Counted from the first letter of the stretch, positions 47,100 through 57,216 are shown. The stretch is DNA of 64,000 bases from Candidatus Woesearchaeota archaeon (GCA_964354105.1 CAYGXM010000002.1:14398-78397); one strand, 5' to 3'. The notes: generated from the letters alone by a model not told the origin. Numbers and translations: made by a program.

Positions 47100-47894
47100 T
47101 TAATCGTAAAACACAACTGTGGCTATTGTACAGCCATAATCTTCGCTTATTTCCCTTATTGTTGCAACTTTTACTTCAAGGCCATTATCTATATATTTTA
47201 CAAGCTCTTTATCGTACAGCTTAGGCAATTTTTTAATATCTTTTGCGAAACCTTCCAGCATTACTCTACGCTGTTTAGGTAAATCTTTCACCTCTTTAGT
47301 GAATTCTGTAAGCTTTATTGTTAATTTTTCTCTATCTGCTTCTGTTGTAAGCAATTCCAACAGATTCTTTTCGCGTGTGTGGTTAATTTCAGATTCGAAT
47401 TTATCTACTAAATTACGCAATTCTTTTTCTTCCCATTCTTTTTCATGAGGAATATAACCTTCTTTTGTTTTTATTCGCTCGTTTCTCGCTTCTGCCATCT
47501 CTGCAGCTTTGTGGCAAAGATATTTCTGCAAAAATGGCTTGTCAACATAATCGTGGCCTTCTGCAACAATATAATGTTCGCTTAGGCTCGCGAGAACAAT
47601 ACCTGCGCTAATAGTTTGGCCTTCATGACCGCTCATACGAGCTAAAACGCAATGCGTTATTTTGCCTATCGGCAAACTTACAGGGTCTGTACGCTGGCAG
47701 CCTGGCGGAATAATAGAGCTAACAGTTACAACATTCTGGTTTGCGATACTTCCCTTAATCCATTCTTTAGTGTCCTTGATGTCCTTCTCTATGCCTGCAT
47801 TCATCAAAGCTTTGTCAAAAGCGTTAATCTCAGAGGTGTCGCTAACGCCTTTGCCAGTTACAACAAAATACTTCGTTGGTAGTGTGTCCGTCAT
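47100..47894 (-). CDS. pyruvoyl-dependent arginine decarboxylase (PdaD)-like protein with about 90-aa coiled-coil insertion
   Basis: N-terminus matches PdaD (FDKALMNAGI, NVVTVSSIIPP with the Ser-Ser self-cleavage site, GQTISAGI) and the C-terminus matches the PdaD end (DYGCTIATVVFYD). The middle aa ~130-225 is an E/K-rich coiled coil. Confidence 0.55.
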   Translation of the reverse strand: MTDTLPTKYFVVTGKGVSDTSEINAFDKALMNAGIEKDIKDTKEWIKGSIANQNVVTVSSIIPPGCQRTDPVSLPIGKITHCVLARMSGHEGQTISAGIVLASLSEHYIVAEGHDYVDKPFLQKYLCHKAAEMAEARNERIKTKEGYIPHEKEWEEKELRNLVDKFESEINHTREKNLLELLTTEADREKLTIKLTEFTKEVKDLPKQRRVMLEGFAKDIKKLPKLYDKELVKYIDNGLEVKVATIREISEDYGCTIATVVFYD

Positions 47895-47986
47895 TTTAAT
47901 GAGTTACAATAAAACCATAAGAATAAATATTTATCTATACTAATCTCTGGACAACTGTAATATCTATGGCGGTTTTTGGTATTTAA

Positions 47987-48643
47987 TTAGCCCTTAACAT
48001 GTGCGCGTACTTCGGCATCAACGCGTTTTATTGTTAGTTTGCAAGACTCGCAAAAATCTGAGCTCAACTCGTCTAATAAACTTTTATTTGGGTTTGGTGT
48101 TTCCATCCAATGTGCATTCATCAGGCATCGTTTGTCGCCAATATAATTATCGCAGTCGAGGATTACGCTATGCCCCAATTCGTGGCACGCCAACTTGACG
48201 TTGCAATTATCAGGCCTGTTGCTCCCGCCTACCACCATGGTGCGCTCTTTCCCCCGATATGAACTTGCATATAGAAATTCCCCTCCAAATTCTCCAACTT
48301 TTTTAGGTGGTCCAATATAAATGAATGGCGAGTGTATTAATATGATCAAGCCAGTATTTTTTTCCGGGATAAATTTCTGTGCAATAGGCCACAAATTGTA
48401 ATAGGTGATGTTTTTAATTACCCATGCATCAACTCGCATGGGTTTACTGCCGTCGTAATTGCTAAACCATAAACGTTCTTCATGTTCCTGCGGTGGTTTC
48501 CAAATAGTATTGTACTTTAAAGCGTACCTTTTAGGTATTGATATGTCCAAGCTGGCTGGATACGTCTTCTGCATACCTTCTACTAAATGCTCTATTGTTT
48601 CTGCGCTTGTGTTCTGTTCGGTTAATAACTTTAATTTCATCAT
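47987..48643 (-). CDS. archaemetzincin-like zinc metallopeptidase
   Basis: CHELGHSVILDCDNYIGDKRCLMN ... DFCESCKL fits the AMZ pattern HExxH...C...CxM...CxxC. Confidence 0.45.
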   Translation of the reverse strand: MMKLKLLTEQNTSAETIEHLVEGMQKTYPASLDISIPKRYALKYNTIWKPPQEHEERLWFSNYDGSKPMRVDAWVIKNITYYNLWPIAQKFIPEKNTGLIILIHSPFIYIGPPKKVGEFGGEFLYASSYRGKERTMVVGGSNRPDNCNVKLACHELGHSVILDCDNYIGDKRCLMNAHWMETPNPNKSLLDELSSDFCESCKLTIKRVDAEVRAHVKG

Positions 48644-48743
48644 AACTTAATTAACATGATAAATGATTTAAGATTATTTATGAGCTAAGGGTTGTTAATA
48701 TATATTATAATCGAGCTTCTCCGAAAAAAGCTTTAAAAATGGG

Positions 48744-51359
48744 TTGTATATACATTCGCCCAAACCGGCATGTTTGGCCTATTGTATGGTAGAGAATACA
48801 GATGCAGAGATTTTCAGCCGATTGAACGGCCTGATTAGCCAGTGGTTTCGCAAAAAATTCGGAACTTTCAGCCCTCCCCAAAGAGGCGCGATCATAAACA
48901 TCCAGGACAAGAAAAATACATTGATTTCCGCTCCAACAGGCTCAGGTAAAACATTTGCAGCATTCCTTACAGTCTTGTCAGAGCTTGCAAACCTGGCAGA
49001 AAAAGGCAAGCTTGAAGACAAAGTCTATTGCCTTTATGTCTCTCCCTTGAAGGCCCTTAACAATGATATCAAGAGAAATCTCTTAGAGCCTTTGGAAGAA
49101 ATCAACAAGCTAGCAAACAAGGAATTAGGAATCAGAGTTTTGGTTAGAACAGAAGATACTAAAACTTCTGAAAAGGCAAAAATGCTTTCAAAACCGCCGC
49201 ATATTCTTGTTACAACTCCTGAAACTCTTGGAATTTTGCTGGTTGCGCCTAAATTCAGGCTTCTGATGAAAGATATCAAATGGTTTATTGCTGATGAGAT
49301 TCACGCGTTAGCATCAAACAAACGCGGAGTTCATCTTTCTTTAAGTCTGGAGAGATTGCAGAATCTTGCAGGCAATTTTACACGAATTGGATTATCTGCA
49401 ACAATTGCGCCTCTGGAAAAAGTTGCGCAATTCCTTGTTGGTTATAGTAATGGCGAGCCGAGGCCTTGTGAAATTGTTGATGCACAATTTTCCAAAAAAT
49501 TAGACTTGAAAGTTCTCTCTCCAGTTGAAAACATAATGAAGGTTACAGAAGCTGAACTGGAAAAATCGACTTATGGATTGTTGAATGATTTGATACAACA
49601 ACACAACACAACCCTGATTTTCACCAATACGAGGGCTGCAACAGAAAGAGTTGTATTTAATTTGAGAAAAAGATATCCGAAATTCTACACAGATAACATA
49701 GAAGCACACCACTCTTCACTTTCTAGAGAGCTTCGTTTGTCTACAGAACAAAGATTGAAAGATGGGAATTTGAAATGTGTAGTTTGCTCAACATCACTAG
49801 AGCTTGGCATTGACATAGGCTCTATAGATTTAGTAATTTTGCTAGGCTCTCCAAAATCGGTATCTAGAGCTCTACAAAGAATTGGCAGGAGTGGCCATAA
49901 ATTGCAGGATAACATCAAGGGCCGCTTTGTTGTAATTGACAGAGATGATATGGTCGAGGATGTTTTGATTTTAAAGCACGCACTAGAACGCCAGATTGAT
50001 AAAATACATATTCCTGAAAACTGTCTTGATGTTTTGGCACAGCATATTTATGGAATTGCAATAGAAGGAAAGGACCACATTGAAAATATCTATTCAACAA
50101 TTCAGCGAAGTTACTGCTATCACAATTTACAGAAAGAAGATTTCATTTCTGTAATAAAATATCTCGCTGGCGATTATGCAGAACTGGAGTTAAGACACGT
50201 CTACGGTAAAATATGGTATGATGCTGAAACTGGCTTTATTGGCAAACGTTCAAAATTAGCCCGTGTTTTATATTCTACAAATATTGGAACAATTCCAGAT
50301 GAATCTTATGTTATTGTCAAGACTGGAGAGCAAGTTGTTGGTAAAATAGATGAAGAATTCCTGATGAGATTGAAGAAAAACGATATTTTTGTCCTGGGCG
50401 GGTCAGTCTACAAATTTGGCTACGCAAAAGGCATGGTCGCATATGTAACACCAACTCCTGGCTTAGTTCCTACAATACCCAGCTGGTTTTCTGAGATGCT
50501 TCCATTAAATTTTGAAGTTGCAATAGGCATACAGAAATTCCGCCGCTTAATCGAGGAAAAATTCAACAGATACAGGTCAAAAGAAGAAATTCTTGACTTC
50601 ATAAAAGAATATTTGTATGTGGATGGGACTGCTGCCAATTCCATTTATGAATATTTCAAAGAACAATGGTCCTATGCTTCCCTGCCGACTGACAAGAAAA
50701 TCGTAATTGAGAATTTGCAGTTTGACAACAAGCACTATATGGTATGGCATTCTTGTTTCGGAAGAAGGGTTAATGATGCATTATCCAGAGCAGTGGCATA
50801 TATTGCATCCAAACTAAATCATATTAACGTGCCAGTATCCATAACGGACCAGAATTTCTATCTCGTATCAAAGAAAAGACTCAATGCGATGGAAATAATT
50901 AATCAGCTGAAGAAGGAAAACATTCCAGAACTTCTGAAATTAGCAATTGATGGCACAGATATTATGAAGAGAAGATTTAGACACTGTGCCGGCAGAAGCC
51001 TTCTAATTATAAGGAATTACAAAGGCCACAGGAAGACTGTCGGCAGGCAGCAAGTCTCATCGCAAATATTGATAAATGCCTGCAAAAGGGTTTCAAGGAA
51101 TTTTCCAATCCTAAAGGAAGCGCAAAGAGAAGTTCTGGATGATTTGATGGATACTGTAACTACAGAACTGCTTATCTCAAAGATCAAGACAAATGACATT
51201 GCAATAAAGGAAATAGAAACCCAGATTCCAAGCCCCTTTGCGCTAAATTTGATAGCAAGAGGCTATACCGATATATTGCGTGCTGAAGACCGCCATGAAT
51301 TCATCAAGAGAATGCATAATATGGTACTGGCTAAAATAGGCCAGAGGAAAGAAAAATGA
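48744..51359 (+). CDS. lhr: Lhr-core superfamily 2 DNA helicase
   Basis: LISAPTGSGKTFAAFL (motif I), FIADEIHAL (DEIH box), 871 aa. The start is probably the internal Met near 48786 (MVENTDAEIF). Confidence 0.75.
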   Translation: MYIHSPKPACLAYCMVENTDAEIFSRLNGLISQWFRKKFGTFSPPQRGAIINIQDKKNTLISAPTGSGKTFAAFLTVLSELANLAEKGKLEDKVYCLYVSPLKALNNDIKRNLLEPLEEINKLANKELGIRVLVRTEDTKTSEKAKMLSKPPHILVTTPETLGILLVAPKFRLLMKDIKWFIADEIHALASNKRGVHLSLSLERLQNLAGNFTRIGLSATIAPLEKVAQFLVGYSNGEPRPCEIVDAQFSKKLDLKVLSPVENIMKVTEAELEKSTYGLLNDLIQQHNTTLIFTNTRAATERVVFNLRKRYPKFYTDNIEAHHSSLSRELRLSTEQRLKDGNLKCVVCSTSLELGIDIGSIDLVILLGSPKSVSRALQRIGRSGHKLQDNIKGRFVVIDRDDMVEDVLILKHALERQIDKIHIPENCLDVLAQHIYGIAIEGKDHIENIYSTIQRSYCYHNLQKEDFISVIKYLAGDYAELELRHVYGKIWYDAETGFIGKRSKLARVLYSTNIGTIPDESYVIVKTGEQVVGKIDEEFLMRLKKNDIFVLGGSVYKFGYAKGMVAYVTPTPGLVPTIPSWFSEMLPLNFEVAIGIQKFRRLIEEKFNRYRSKEEILDFIKEYLYVDGTAANSIYEYFKEQWSYASLPTDKKIVIENLQFDNKHYMVWHSCFGRRVNDALSRAVAYIASKLNHINVPVSITDQNFYLVSKKRLNAMEIINQLKKENIPELLKLAIDGTDIMKRRFRHCAGRSLLIIRNYKGHRKTVGRQQVSSQILINACKRVSRNFPILKEAQREVLDDLMDTVTTELLISKIKTNDIAIKEIETQIPSPFALNLIARGYTDILRAEDRHEFIKRMHNMVLAKIGQRKEK

Positions 51360-52072
51360 AAACTGTCGAAATTGCCCCGGGAATAGAAATAATCGATTTA
51401 GCCTTATGGATGCCAAAGCAGAAAGTGCTGGCAGTCAGCGATTTTCATATTGGCTATGAAGAATCTCTAAACGCCCGCGGAATTTTACTGCCAAGACATC
51501 AGTTTAAGGATACAAAAGAAAGGCTGCAGAAAATCTTTGCAAGTTTAGGGACAAAACCAAAGAAAATAATCATAACTGGCGATTTGAAATATGAATTTGG
51601 CACTGTAAACAGGGAAGAATTCTTTGGCTTGCGTGAATTGCTGGCATTTCTAGCGAAGAATTGTGAAAAATTGATAGTTCTTAGAGGTAATCATGACAAA
51701 ATCCTAAATTTCACGGAGAGCAAAATACTTTCTAAAATCAAGATTGGCGATGTGCTATTCCACCATGGAGATTCCCTAGTGGACACTAAGGCTAATATTG
51801 TAATAGTTGGTCATGCACATCCGGCAATCAAATTAACTGATGGTCTTGTTGCGGAAAAAGTAAAATGTTTCCTGAAAGGCAAATGGAAAAACAAGACTTT
51901 GATTGTTCTGCCTTCTTTCAATCTTGTTACAGAAGGCACTGATGTTTTGTCTGAGACTGGGATATCTCTTTATTTGAATTCTGCCAGAAGTCTAGAAGCC
52001 TGGGCAATCTCTGAGACTGGAGAAGTTTTATACTTTGGAAAGCTAAAAACCCTAAGACATAACATCAACTAG
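51356..52072 (+). CDS. metallophosphoesterase (MPE, Lhr-associated nuclease)
   Basis: AVSDFHIGY, ITGDLKYE, LRGNHD, VGHAHP are the calcineurin-like phosphoesterase motifs. Overlaps lhr by ATGA. Confidence 0.75.
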   Translation: MKTVEIAPGIEIIDLALWMPKQKVLAVSDFHIGYEESLNARGILLPRHQFKDTKERLQKIFASLGTKPKKIIITGDLKYEFGTVNREEFFGLRELLAFLAKNCEKLIVLRGNHDKILNFTESKILSKIKIGDVLFHHGDSLVDTKANIVIVGHAHPAIKLTDGLVAEKVKCFLKGKWKNKTLIVLPSFNLVTEGTDVLSETGISLYLNSARSLEAWAISETGEVLYFGKLKTLRHNIN

Positions 52073-52829
52073 AATTGAATGAATTATAGAATTCTCTTCC
52101 AAGATTGACTAAAAATTGTTTGTCGGCATCCATGTTCGTAGCATTATATGCGCTGCCGTTTTCATTGGCATAATTGTAATAGGAAATGTACCAGACTTGC
52201 TTGTCTTTTGCAATGTAAACCATCAGAGGATCATTGCCAGTCGTTCTATAAACTCCAATTATTCCTTCATCGCCAATTGCTATGTTTGCTCTCAAACCCT
52301 CGCGCCAGACCAGCGCGCCGTTAAATACATAATCATACTTATCGCGCGTTGCATTATCCTGATAAATTCTAGTCCAGAAATATAATGTATCATCATCCTT
52401 GCTAAATTCCCAGACTGCAGCATTCGTAATGTTTTGTGCCATCATTTCTGTTCTAAGTGCGGGTTCCATTTCAGCAAGATTTGTCCCTGAGGAGACAAGC
52501 TGCCAGCCATCAAGCCAGATTTCCGGGTTATAAGTGGCCAGTCCTGTAGCAGGAATAATCGGATTTGTATTTTGATGCATTTTATCATAAATGAAATATC
52601 CGCCGCCTAAAGAAACAATAATTAAACCTATGAAAAACCATTTTAGCGCATCGCTTTTCTCTGGCGCTTGTTTTGGCTGTTCTGCTTGCGGTTTTGTATC
52701 CATAACAGCTTCAACAGGCTTGCTGGCTTCTTTCTTTGCCAGCTCTGCTTCGGCAGCTCTCGCTTCAGCCAGCATCTTATCCAGCTCAATCTCAGCCTTG
52801 GTTTTCTTATGTTTAGCTTCCTTAGCCAT
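52065..52829 (-). CDS. membrane-anchored protein with charged N-terminal cytoplasmic segment (254 aa)
   Basis: Charged/Ala-rich N-terminus, one TM (WFFIGLIIVSLGGGYFIY), and an extracytoplasmic Tyr/Asn-rich domain. Confidence 0.4.
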   Translation of the reverse strand: MAKEAKHKKTKAEIELDKMLAEARAAEAELAKKEASKPVEAVMDTKPQAEQPKQAPEKSDALKWFFIGLIIVSLGGGYFIYDKMHQNTNPIIPATGLATYNPEIWLDGWQLVSSGTNLAEMEPALRTEMMAQNITNAAVWEFSKDDDTLYFWTRIYQDNATRDKYDYVFNGALVWREGLRANIAIGDEGIIGVYRTTGNDPLMVYIAKDKQVWYISYYNYANENGSAYNATNMDADKQFLVNLGREFYNSFNSS

Positions 52830-52867
52830 GCTAAAAGGTTAAAAAGAAGTAATAAAAAACTTCTGCT

Positions 52868-54538
52868 ATGGCCAACTTGGATGCCCTTATCGAAAAGTTC
52901 GCTCTGGCTAATGCTTTCCAGTATGGCGGGAAGGCCCAACTAGGCTCTGTTATAGGCAAATTGATATCTGAAGACCCTAAAATCAAGGCGAGATTAAAGG
53001 AGCTAGCTCCCAAAATCAGCAAAATCATTTCTGAAATAAACAAATTATCAATCAAACAGCAGGAGGAAAAACTGTTGAAAATCTATCCTGAGTTCTTTGA
53101 GAAGAAAGAACATGAGGAAAAACAACTGAAAGATATGCCTAATGCCGTTAAGGGAAAAGTTGTAATGCGATTAGAGCCATCTTTCTCAGGAAGAATGCAC
53201 ATAGGCCACGCATTTCCACTTTCATTAAATTATTCTTATGTAAAAAAATATGATGGAAAGCTGATCATCCGGCTTGCAGATACCAATCCGAAAAGCGTTG
53301 AACTAAGCGCTTACAAAGGCCTGCCGGAAGATGCAAACTGGCTGACTTCAAATGGCGTTGACAAAATCATAATACAATCAGACAGGATGCCTTTGTATTA
53401 CAAATATATTGAAGAATTCATCAAGAAAGGATTTGCGTATATCTGCATGTGCAATCCTGAAAAGTGGAAGAAATTAACTTCAGCTAAAACTGCCTGCCCC
53501 TGCCGAAGCATCACGCCGAAAGAAAATTTAGAGCGCTGGAAACACATGCTGAAGGATTATAAGGAAGGCGAGGCTGTTTTGAGAATCAAAACAGACATAA
53601 AACATCCGAATCCTGCAATAAGAGACTGGCCTGCTGCAAGAATTATTACAACACCTCATCTCAGGCAGGGGAAAAAATACAGAGTCTGGCCTCTGATGAA
53701 TCTCTCTGTTGCCATAGATGATCATGAACTAGGCATTACGCATGCGATTCGCGCAAAAGAGCACATAGACAATGAAAAACGCCAGCTTTACCTGTACAGA
53801 TATATGAATTGGAAAGCGCCGACACAATTGTACGTTGGCAGGATTAAATTTGAGGGTATGGAATTAAGCAAATCAAAAATCAGGTCGACGATAGAATCCA
53901 AAAAATACTCTGGATGGGATGATGTTCGCTTGCCTACACTGCTTGCACTGAAGAGGCGGGGCTATCAGCCGCATGCGATTGTTGATTTTTTCACGGATAT
54001 GGGCGTTTCCGAAGTTGACAAAAAGATTTCCAGCACTGATTTCTTTAAATTATTAGATGCTGCAAACAGAAAACTCATAGATCCTATTGCACACAGGTAT
54101 TCATTTGTCCCTGTACCTGTAAAAATTGATGTTCAGAATGCACCAAACATAAAGGAAATTGAAGTAAAACTGCATCCAGATAACGACAAAGAAATGAAGA
54201 AAATTAAAGTTGGCAAATCTATCTTTATACCACACGAGGATTTGCAGAAGTATGGCGGAACAGAAGTCAGGCTTATGCATCTCTATAACATAATTCTTAA
54301 CAAAAAAGCAAAATACACATCAACAGAAAACAAACCAATTCAGAAGATACAATGGGTTTCTGATGATAACATCAAAACAAATGTGCTAATGCCAACTGGT
54401 GAAATTGTAGAAGGCCTTGCTGAATCAAATGTAGAAAAGCTGAAAGTGGGCGATATTATACAATTCGAGAGATTCGGCTTCTGCAGGCTTGATAAAAAGG
54501 AAAAAAGCAAGCTGATTTTCGCGTATACACATAATTAA
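52868..54538 (+). CDS. gltX: glutamyl-tRNA synthetase (archaeal/eukaryotic type)
   Basis: RLEPSFSGRMHIGHAFPLSLNYSYVKKYDGKLIIRLADTNP (HIGH region), LSKSK (KMSKS variant), 556 aa. Confidence 0.8.
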   Translation: MANLDALIEKFALANAFQYGGKAQLGSVIGKLISEDPKIKARLKELAPKISKIISEINKLSIKQQEEKLLKIYPEFFEKKEHEEKQLKDMPNAVKGKVVMRLEPSFSGRMHIGHAFPLSLNYSYVKKYDGKLIIRLADTNPKSVELSAYKGLPEDANWLTSNGVDKIIIQSDRMPLYYKYIEEFIKKGFAYICMCNPEKWKKLTSAKTACPCRSITPKENLERWKHMLKDYKEGEAVLRIKTDIKHPNPAIRDWPAARIITTPHLRQGKKYRVWPLMNLSVAIDDHELGITHAIRAKEHIDNEKRQLYLYRYMNWKAPTQLYVGRIKFEGMELSKSKIRSTIESKKYSGWDDVRLPTLLALKRRGYQPHAIVDFFTDMGVSEVDKKISSTDFFKLLDAANRKLIDPIAHRYSFVPVPVKIDVQNAPNIKEIEVKLHPDNDKEMKKIKVGKSIFIPHEDLQKYGGTEVRLMHLYNIILNKKAKYTSTENKPIQKIQWVSDDNIKTNVLMPTGEIVEGLAESNVEKLKVGDIIQFERFGFCRLDKKEKSKLIFAYTHN

Positions 54539-54542
54539 GGGA

Positions 54543-54728
54543 TTACTTTTTCAAGTTGTAATTTCCTGTTATTAGTGCATAAATACCTAACAGCAATAGC
54601 ACAGTATTATCTGTGCTAACCCGCCAGCTTCTAAGCAGAATGCCTGTTGCAATAAAGTTAATTATCCAAAATAGTACTGCAATTATACCTATTGCAATCT
54701 GCACTTTTCCCAGTGTTTTTTGTTCCAT
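54543..54728 (-). CDS. small membrane protein (61 aa)
   Basis: Two TM helices. Confidence 0.25.
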   Translation of the reverse strand: MEQKTLGKVQIAIGIIAVLFWIINFIATGILLRSWRVSTDNTVLLLLGIYALITGNYNLKK

Positions 54729-54810
54729 GAAATTTTACTTAGCATTAGCCTAATAAATCTTTGGCAGCTTTGGTAATAACCTTTAAAAAGGCACTTTTTA
54801 AGACAACATC

Positions 54811-55275
54811 ATGGTAGATGTGAATAAAGAGTCTGCCGCGCAGGCGCTGCAGTTACTCAATGAAGTTCGAATACAAGGCAAGATTAGAAAGGGCACTAAC
54901 GAAGTTACAAAATCGATAGAGAGAGGCGAAGCCAAATTAGTTGTTATTGCTGCTGATGTAAACCCTCCAGAAATTATAATGCACATCCCTGTTTTATGCA
55001 CTGAAAAGAACATTCCTCACATTTTTGTTGAATCCAAGGCAGAATTAGGCGCTGCTGCAGGCCTTCCTGTTGGAACATCTGCAGTTGCTGTAGCAAATGC
55101 CGGCGATGCAGCCAGAAAATTGAATGAATTTGTTGATGTTCTAAAAGGCAAGATGCCAAAGCCAATAAAGAAGATTGAAGCTGCTCCTGTTGAAGTAAAA
55201 GAGGAAAAACCTGCAAGGAAGCCAAAAGTAAAGAAGGAAGAAAAAGCTGTAGCTGCTCCAGCAGTTGCTGCGTGA
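54811..55275 (+). CDS. rpl7ae: ribosomal protein L7Ae with Lys/Ala/Pro-rich C-terminal extension
   Basis: KGTNEVTKSIERGEAKLVVIAADVNPPEIIMHIPVLCTEKNIPHIFVESKAELG is the canonical L7Ae core. The about 40-aa basic tail is unusual. Confidence 0.8.
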   Translation: MVDVNKESAAQALQLLNEVRIQGKIRKGTNEVTKSIERGEAKLVVIAADVNPPEIIMHIPVLCTEKNIPHIFVESKAELGAAAGLPVGTSAVAVANAGDAARKLNEFVDVLKGKMPKPIKKIEAAPVEVKEEKPARKPKVKKEEKAVAAPAVAA

Positions 55276-55282
55276 TTGCAAA

Positions 55283-55558
55283 ATGAGTTCTAAAAAAATC
55301 ATTGAGAAAAAAGCTGAAGAGGGCGCAGGTGTAAAAGTTGAAGTCAGTGGCGAGGCAACTCCTGCTCAAATTCTAGAAATAGTAGGAAGCATGGGCACTC
55401 GTGAAGGCGGCAAGCAGGCCAGAGTAAAGTTACTTGCAGGCAGGGAAGCAGGCAAGATAATGCGAAGAAACATATTGGGCCCATTCAGAATTGGCGACAT
55501 AGTCATGCTCAAAGAAACTGAGATTGAAGCAAGTCCATTGAAAGGCCGAAAGCGATAA
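55283..55558 (+). CDS. rps28e: ribosomal protein S28e
   Basis: AQILEIVGSMGTREGGKQARVKLLAGREAGKIMRRNILGPFRIGDIVMLKETE. The ORF opens at 55265 and the likely start is MSSKK. Confidence 0.7.
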   Translation: MSSKKIIEKKAEEGAGVKVEVSGEATPAQILEIVGSMGTREGGKQARVKLLAGREAGKIMRRNILGPFRIGDIVMLKETEIEASPLKGRKR

Positions 55559-55596
55559 GCACTAAATTTTATAAGTAAGTTCTTGTATTAATTACC

Positions 55597-55887
55597 ATGA
55601 GCCTGCAAGATATTATCAAATACATCAAAAGACACGATATAGACGCCAAAGCTATGTTTTATGGCGGCAGTTTAATTGGATCTATTGGTTTAACATATAC
55701 CTTCGCTACAGGAGATTTAGCTGGTTTACTTGGACTTGTTGGGGGACTTCCTATGGGGCTTAAGGGAATTAGCCTCGAACAAAACTACTACTACAGTGAG
55801 CCTTTAGGGCACCGCGTACGTGTAATATGTAAAAACCCTTTTGAAAAGCAAGAATACATAGAACACTGTAAAGCACAAGGCTTCTAA
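55597..55887 (+). CDS. hypothetical protein (96 aa)
   Basis: ORF with a Gly/Leu-rich middle part. Confidence 0.35.
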   Translation: MSLQDIIKYIKRHDIDAKAMFYGGSLIGSIGLTYTFATGDLAGLLGLVGGLPMGLKGISLEQNYYYSEPLGHRVRVICKNPFEKQEYIEHCKAQGF

Positions 55888-55926
55888 AAGCGATAAATCT
55901 TTATTCTTGTAAGTTCTAGTTTAATC

Positions 55927-56163
55927 ATGACCCAAATTCCCTGCGAAAGCTGTGCAATGCCTGTCAAGGACGGCAGCAAGTACTGCAAATACTGTGCTCC
56001 TAATGGCGAGCTTCTTCCACTTAGCAAAATAATCACAAATATGACCCGCTGGATGGCAAAGAAAAGAGGCCTGACAGAAGAGCAGGGTTTTGATATGACA
56101 ATAGGTTATTTGAAAAGGATGCCTGCCTGGAAAGAAAAGCTGGAAAAGATTGAGAAGGGATAG
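55927..56163 (+). CDS. small zinc-ribbon-like protein (CxxC...CxxC)
   Basis: CESC ... CKYC in the first 30 aa. Confidence 0.35.
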   Translation: MTQIPCESCAMPVKDGSKYCKYCAPNGELLPLSKIITNMTRWMAKKRGLTEEQGFDMTIGYLKRMPAWKEKLEKIEKG

Positions 56164-56165
56164 TA

Positions 56166-56792
56166 ATGCTAGATGACATTTTAGACATAGAATCTGGAGC
56201 GAATTTAGTCAGCAGGCAAATAGAAGAAGATTTTAGCAAACTAAACGGGCAAGAAATTGAAAACTTTTTTGATAAATTCCTAAAAGAGGATGGAAATCTA
56301 AATTTCATAGAATATTACAACAGAACTGTTTTGGACAAGGAAAAAATAAATTTTGGTGAATTCAAAAGCCGCTGGGGAATCCAGGGCATGAAAAAAGACT
56401 TTTACAAATACTTTGACGAAAATTATGATAAGCTAAAGGCAGAAATAGCTACCAAACAAGATATCAGGGGATTCTTTGAAAAATACTGCACCAAAGAACG
56501 CAATGAGTATACTTTTTGCACAAAATTGTTCCATACAATTTTGCCGGCAGAATTTCCGCCGGTAGATAATGCAATAAGGTGCGGCTTCGGGCTAGAGACT
56601 GAAGATTTTATCACAAGCGCTCTGATGATAAGAAGAGGATATGAGCTATTTTCAGAAGAAAACCAGCAATCAATAGCAAAAATTAGGAATGTCTTGTCAA
56701 AAGAAAAGTTTGCACATTTTAGGGTTAATGAGCTATCAGATATGCGCATTCTAGACATGTATTACTGGTTCAAGGAAAATAGGGACAAGTAA
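56166..56792 (+). CDS. hypothetical protein (208 aa)
   Basis: ORF. Confidence 0.4.
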   Translation: MLDDILDIESGANLVSRQIEEDFSKLNGQEIENFFDKFLKEDGNLNFIEYYNRTVLDKEKINFGEFKSRWGIQGMKKDFYKYFDENYDKLKAEIATKQDIRGFFEKYCTKERNEYTFCTKLFHTILPAEFPPVDNAIRCGFGLETEDFITSALMIRRGYELFSEENQQSIAKIRNVLSKEKFAHFRVNELSDMRILDMYYWFKENRDK

Positions 56793-56795
56793 AAT

Positions 56796-57215
56796 ATGGT
56801 TGGAAAGATTTATTCCAAAGATTTGGGAATTAATTTGAAATCAGGACGGGAAAAGGAGCTCTTCAAATGGTTCCTGGCCTGCCTTTTGTTTGGCAAGCCA
56901 ATCCAGCAAAATGTTGCAAGAAAGACTTATTTTGAATTTGAAAAGGAGAACCTGCTAAGCCCTGACAATATCCTGAAAGCTGGCTGGGATAAGTTAGTCA
57001 AGGTCCTGGATAACGGCCACTATGTCCGCTATGATTTCTCAACAGCCACAAAACTTCTGGAAATATGCAAGGCTTTGAAGAAACATTACGGAAGCATAAC
57101 AAATCTGATGAAGCAGTCAAAAAACAAAAAAGAGCTTGCAAAAAGACTGCAGGAATTCAAAGGTGTAGGGCCTGTTACAGTAAAGATATTCCTGCGGGAT
57201 ATTAAAATCAAATAA
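56796..57215 (+). CDS. hypothetical protein with helix-hairpin-helix-like motif (139 aa)
   Basis: LQEFKGVGPVTVKIFLRDI resembles an HhH DNA-binding element. Confidence 0.35.
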   Translation: MVGKIYSKDLGINLKSGREKELFKWFLACLLFGKPIQQNVARKTYFEFEKENLLSPDNILKAGWDKLVKVLDNGHYVRYDFSTATKLLEICKALKKHYGSITNLMKQSKNKKELAKRLQEFKGVGPVTVKIFLRDIKIK

Positions 57216-57216
57216 A

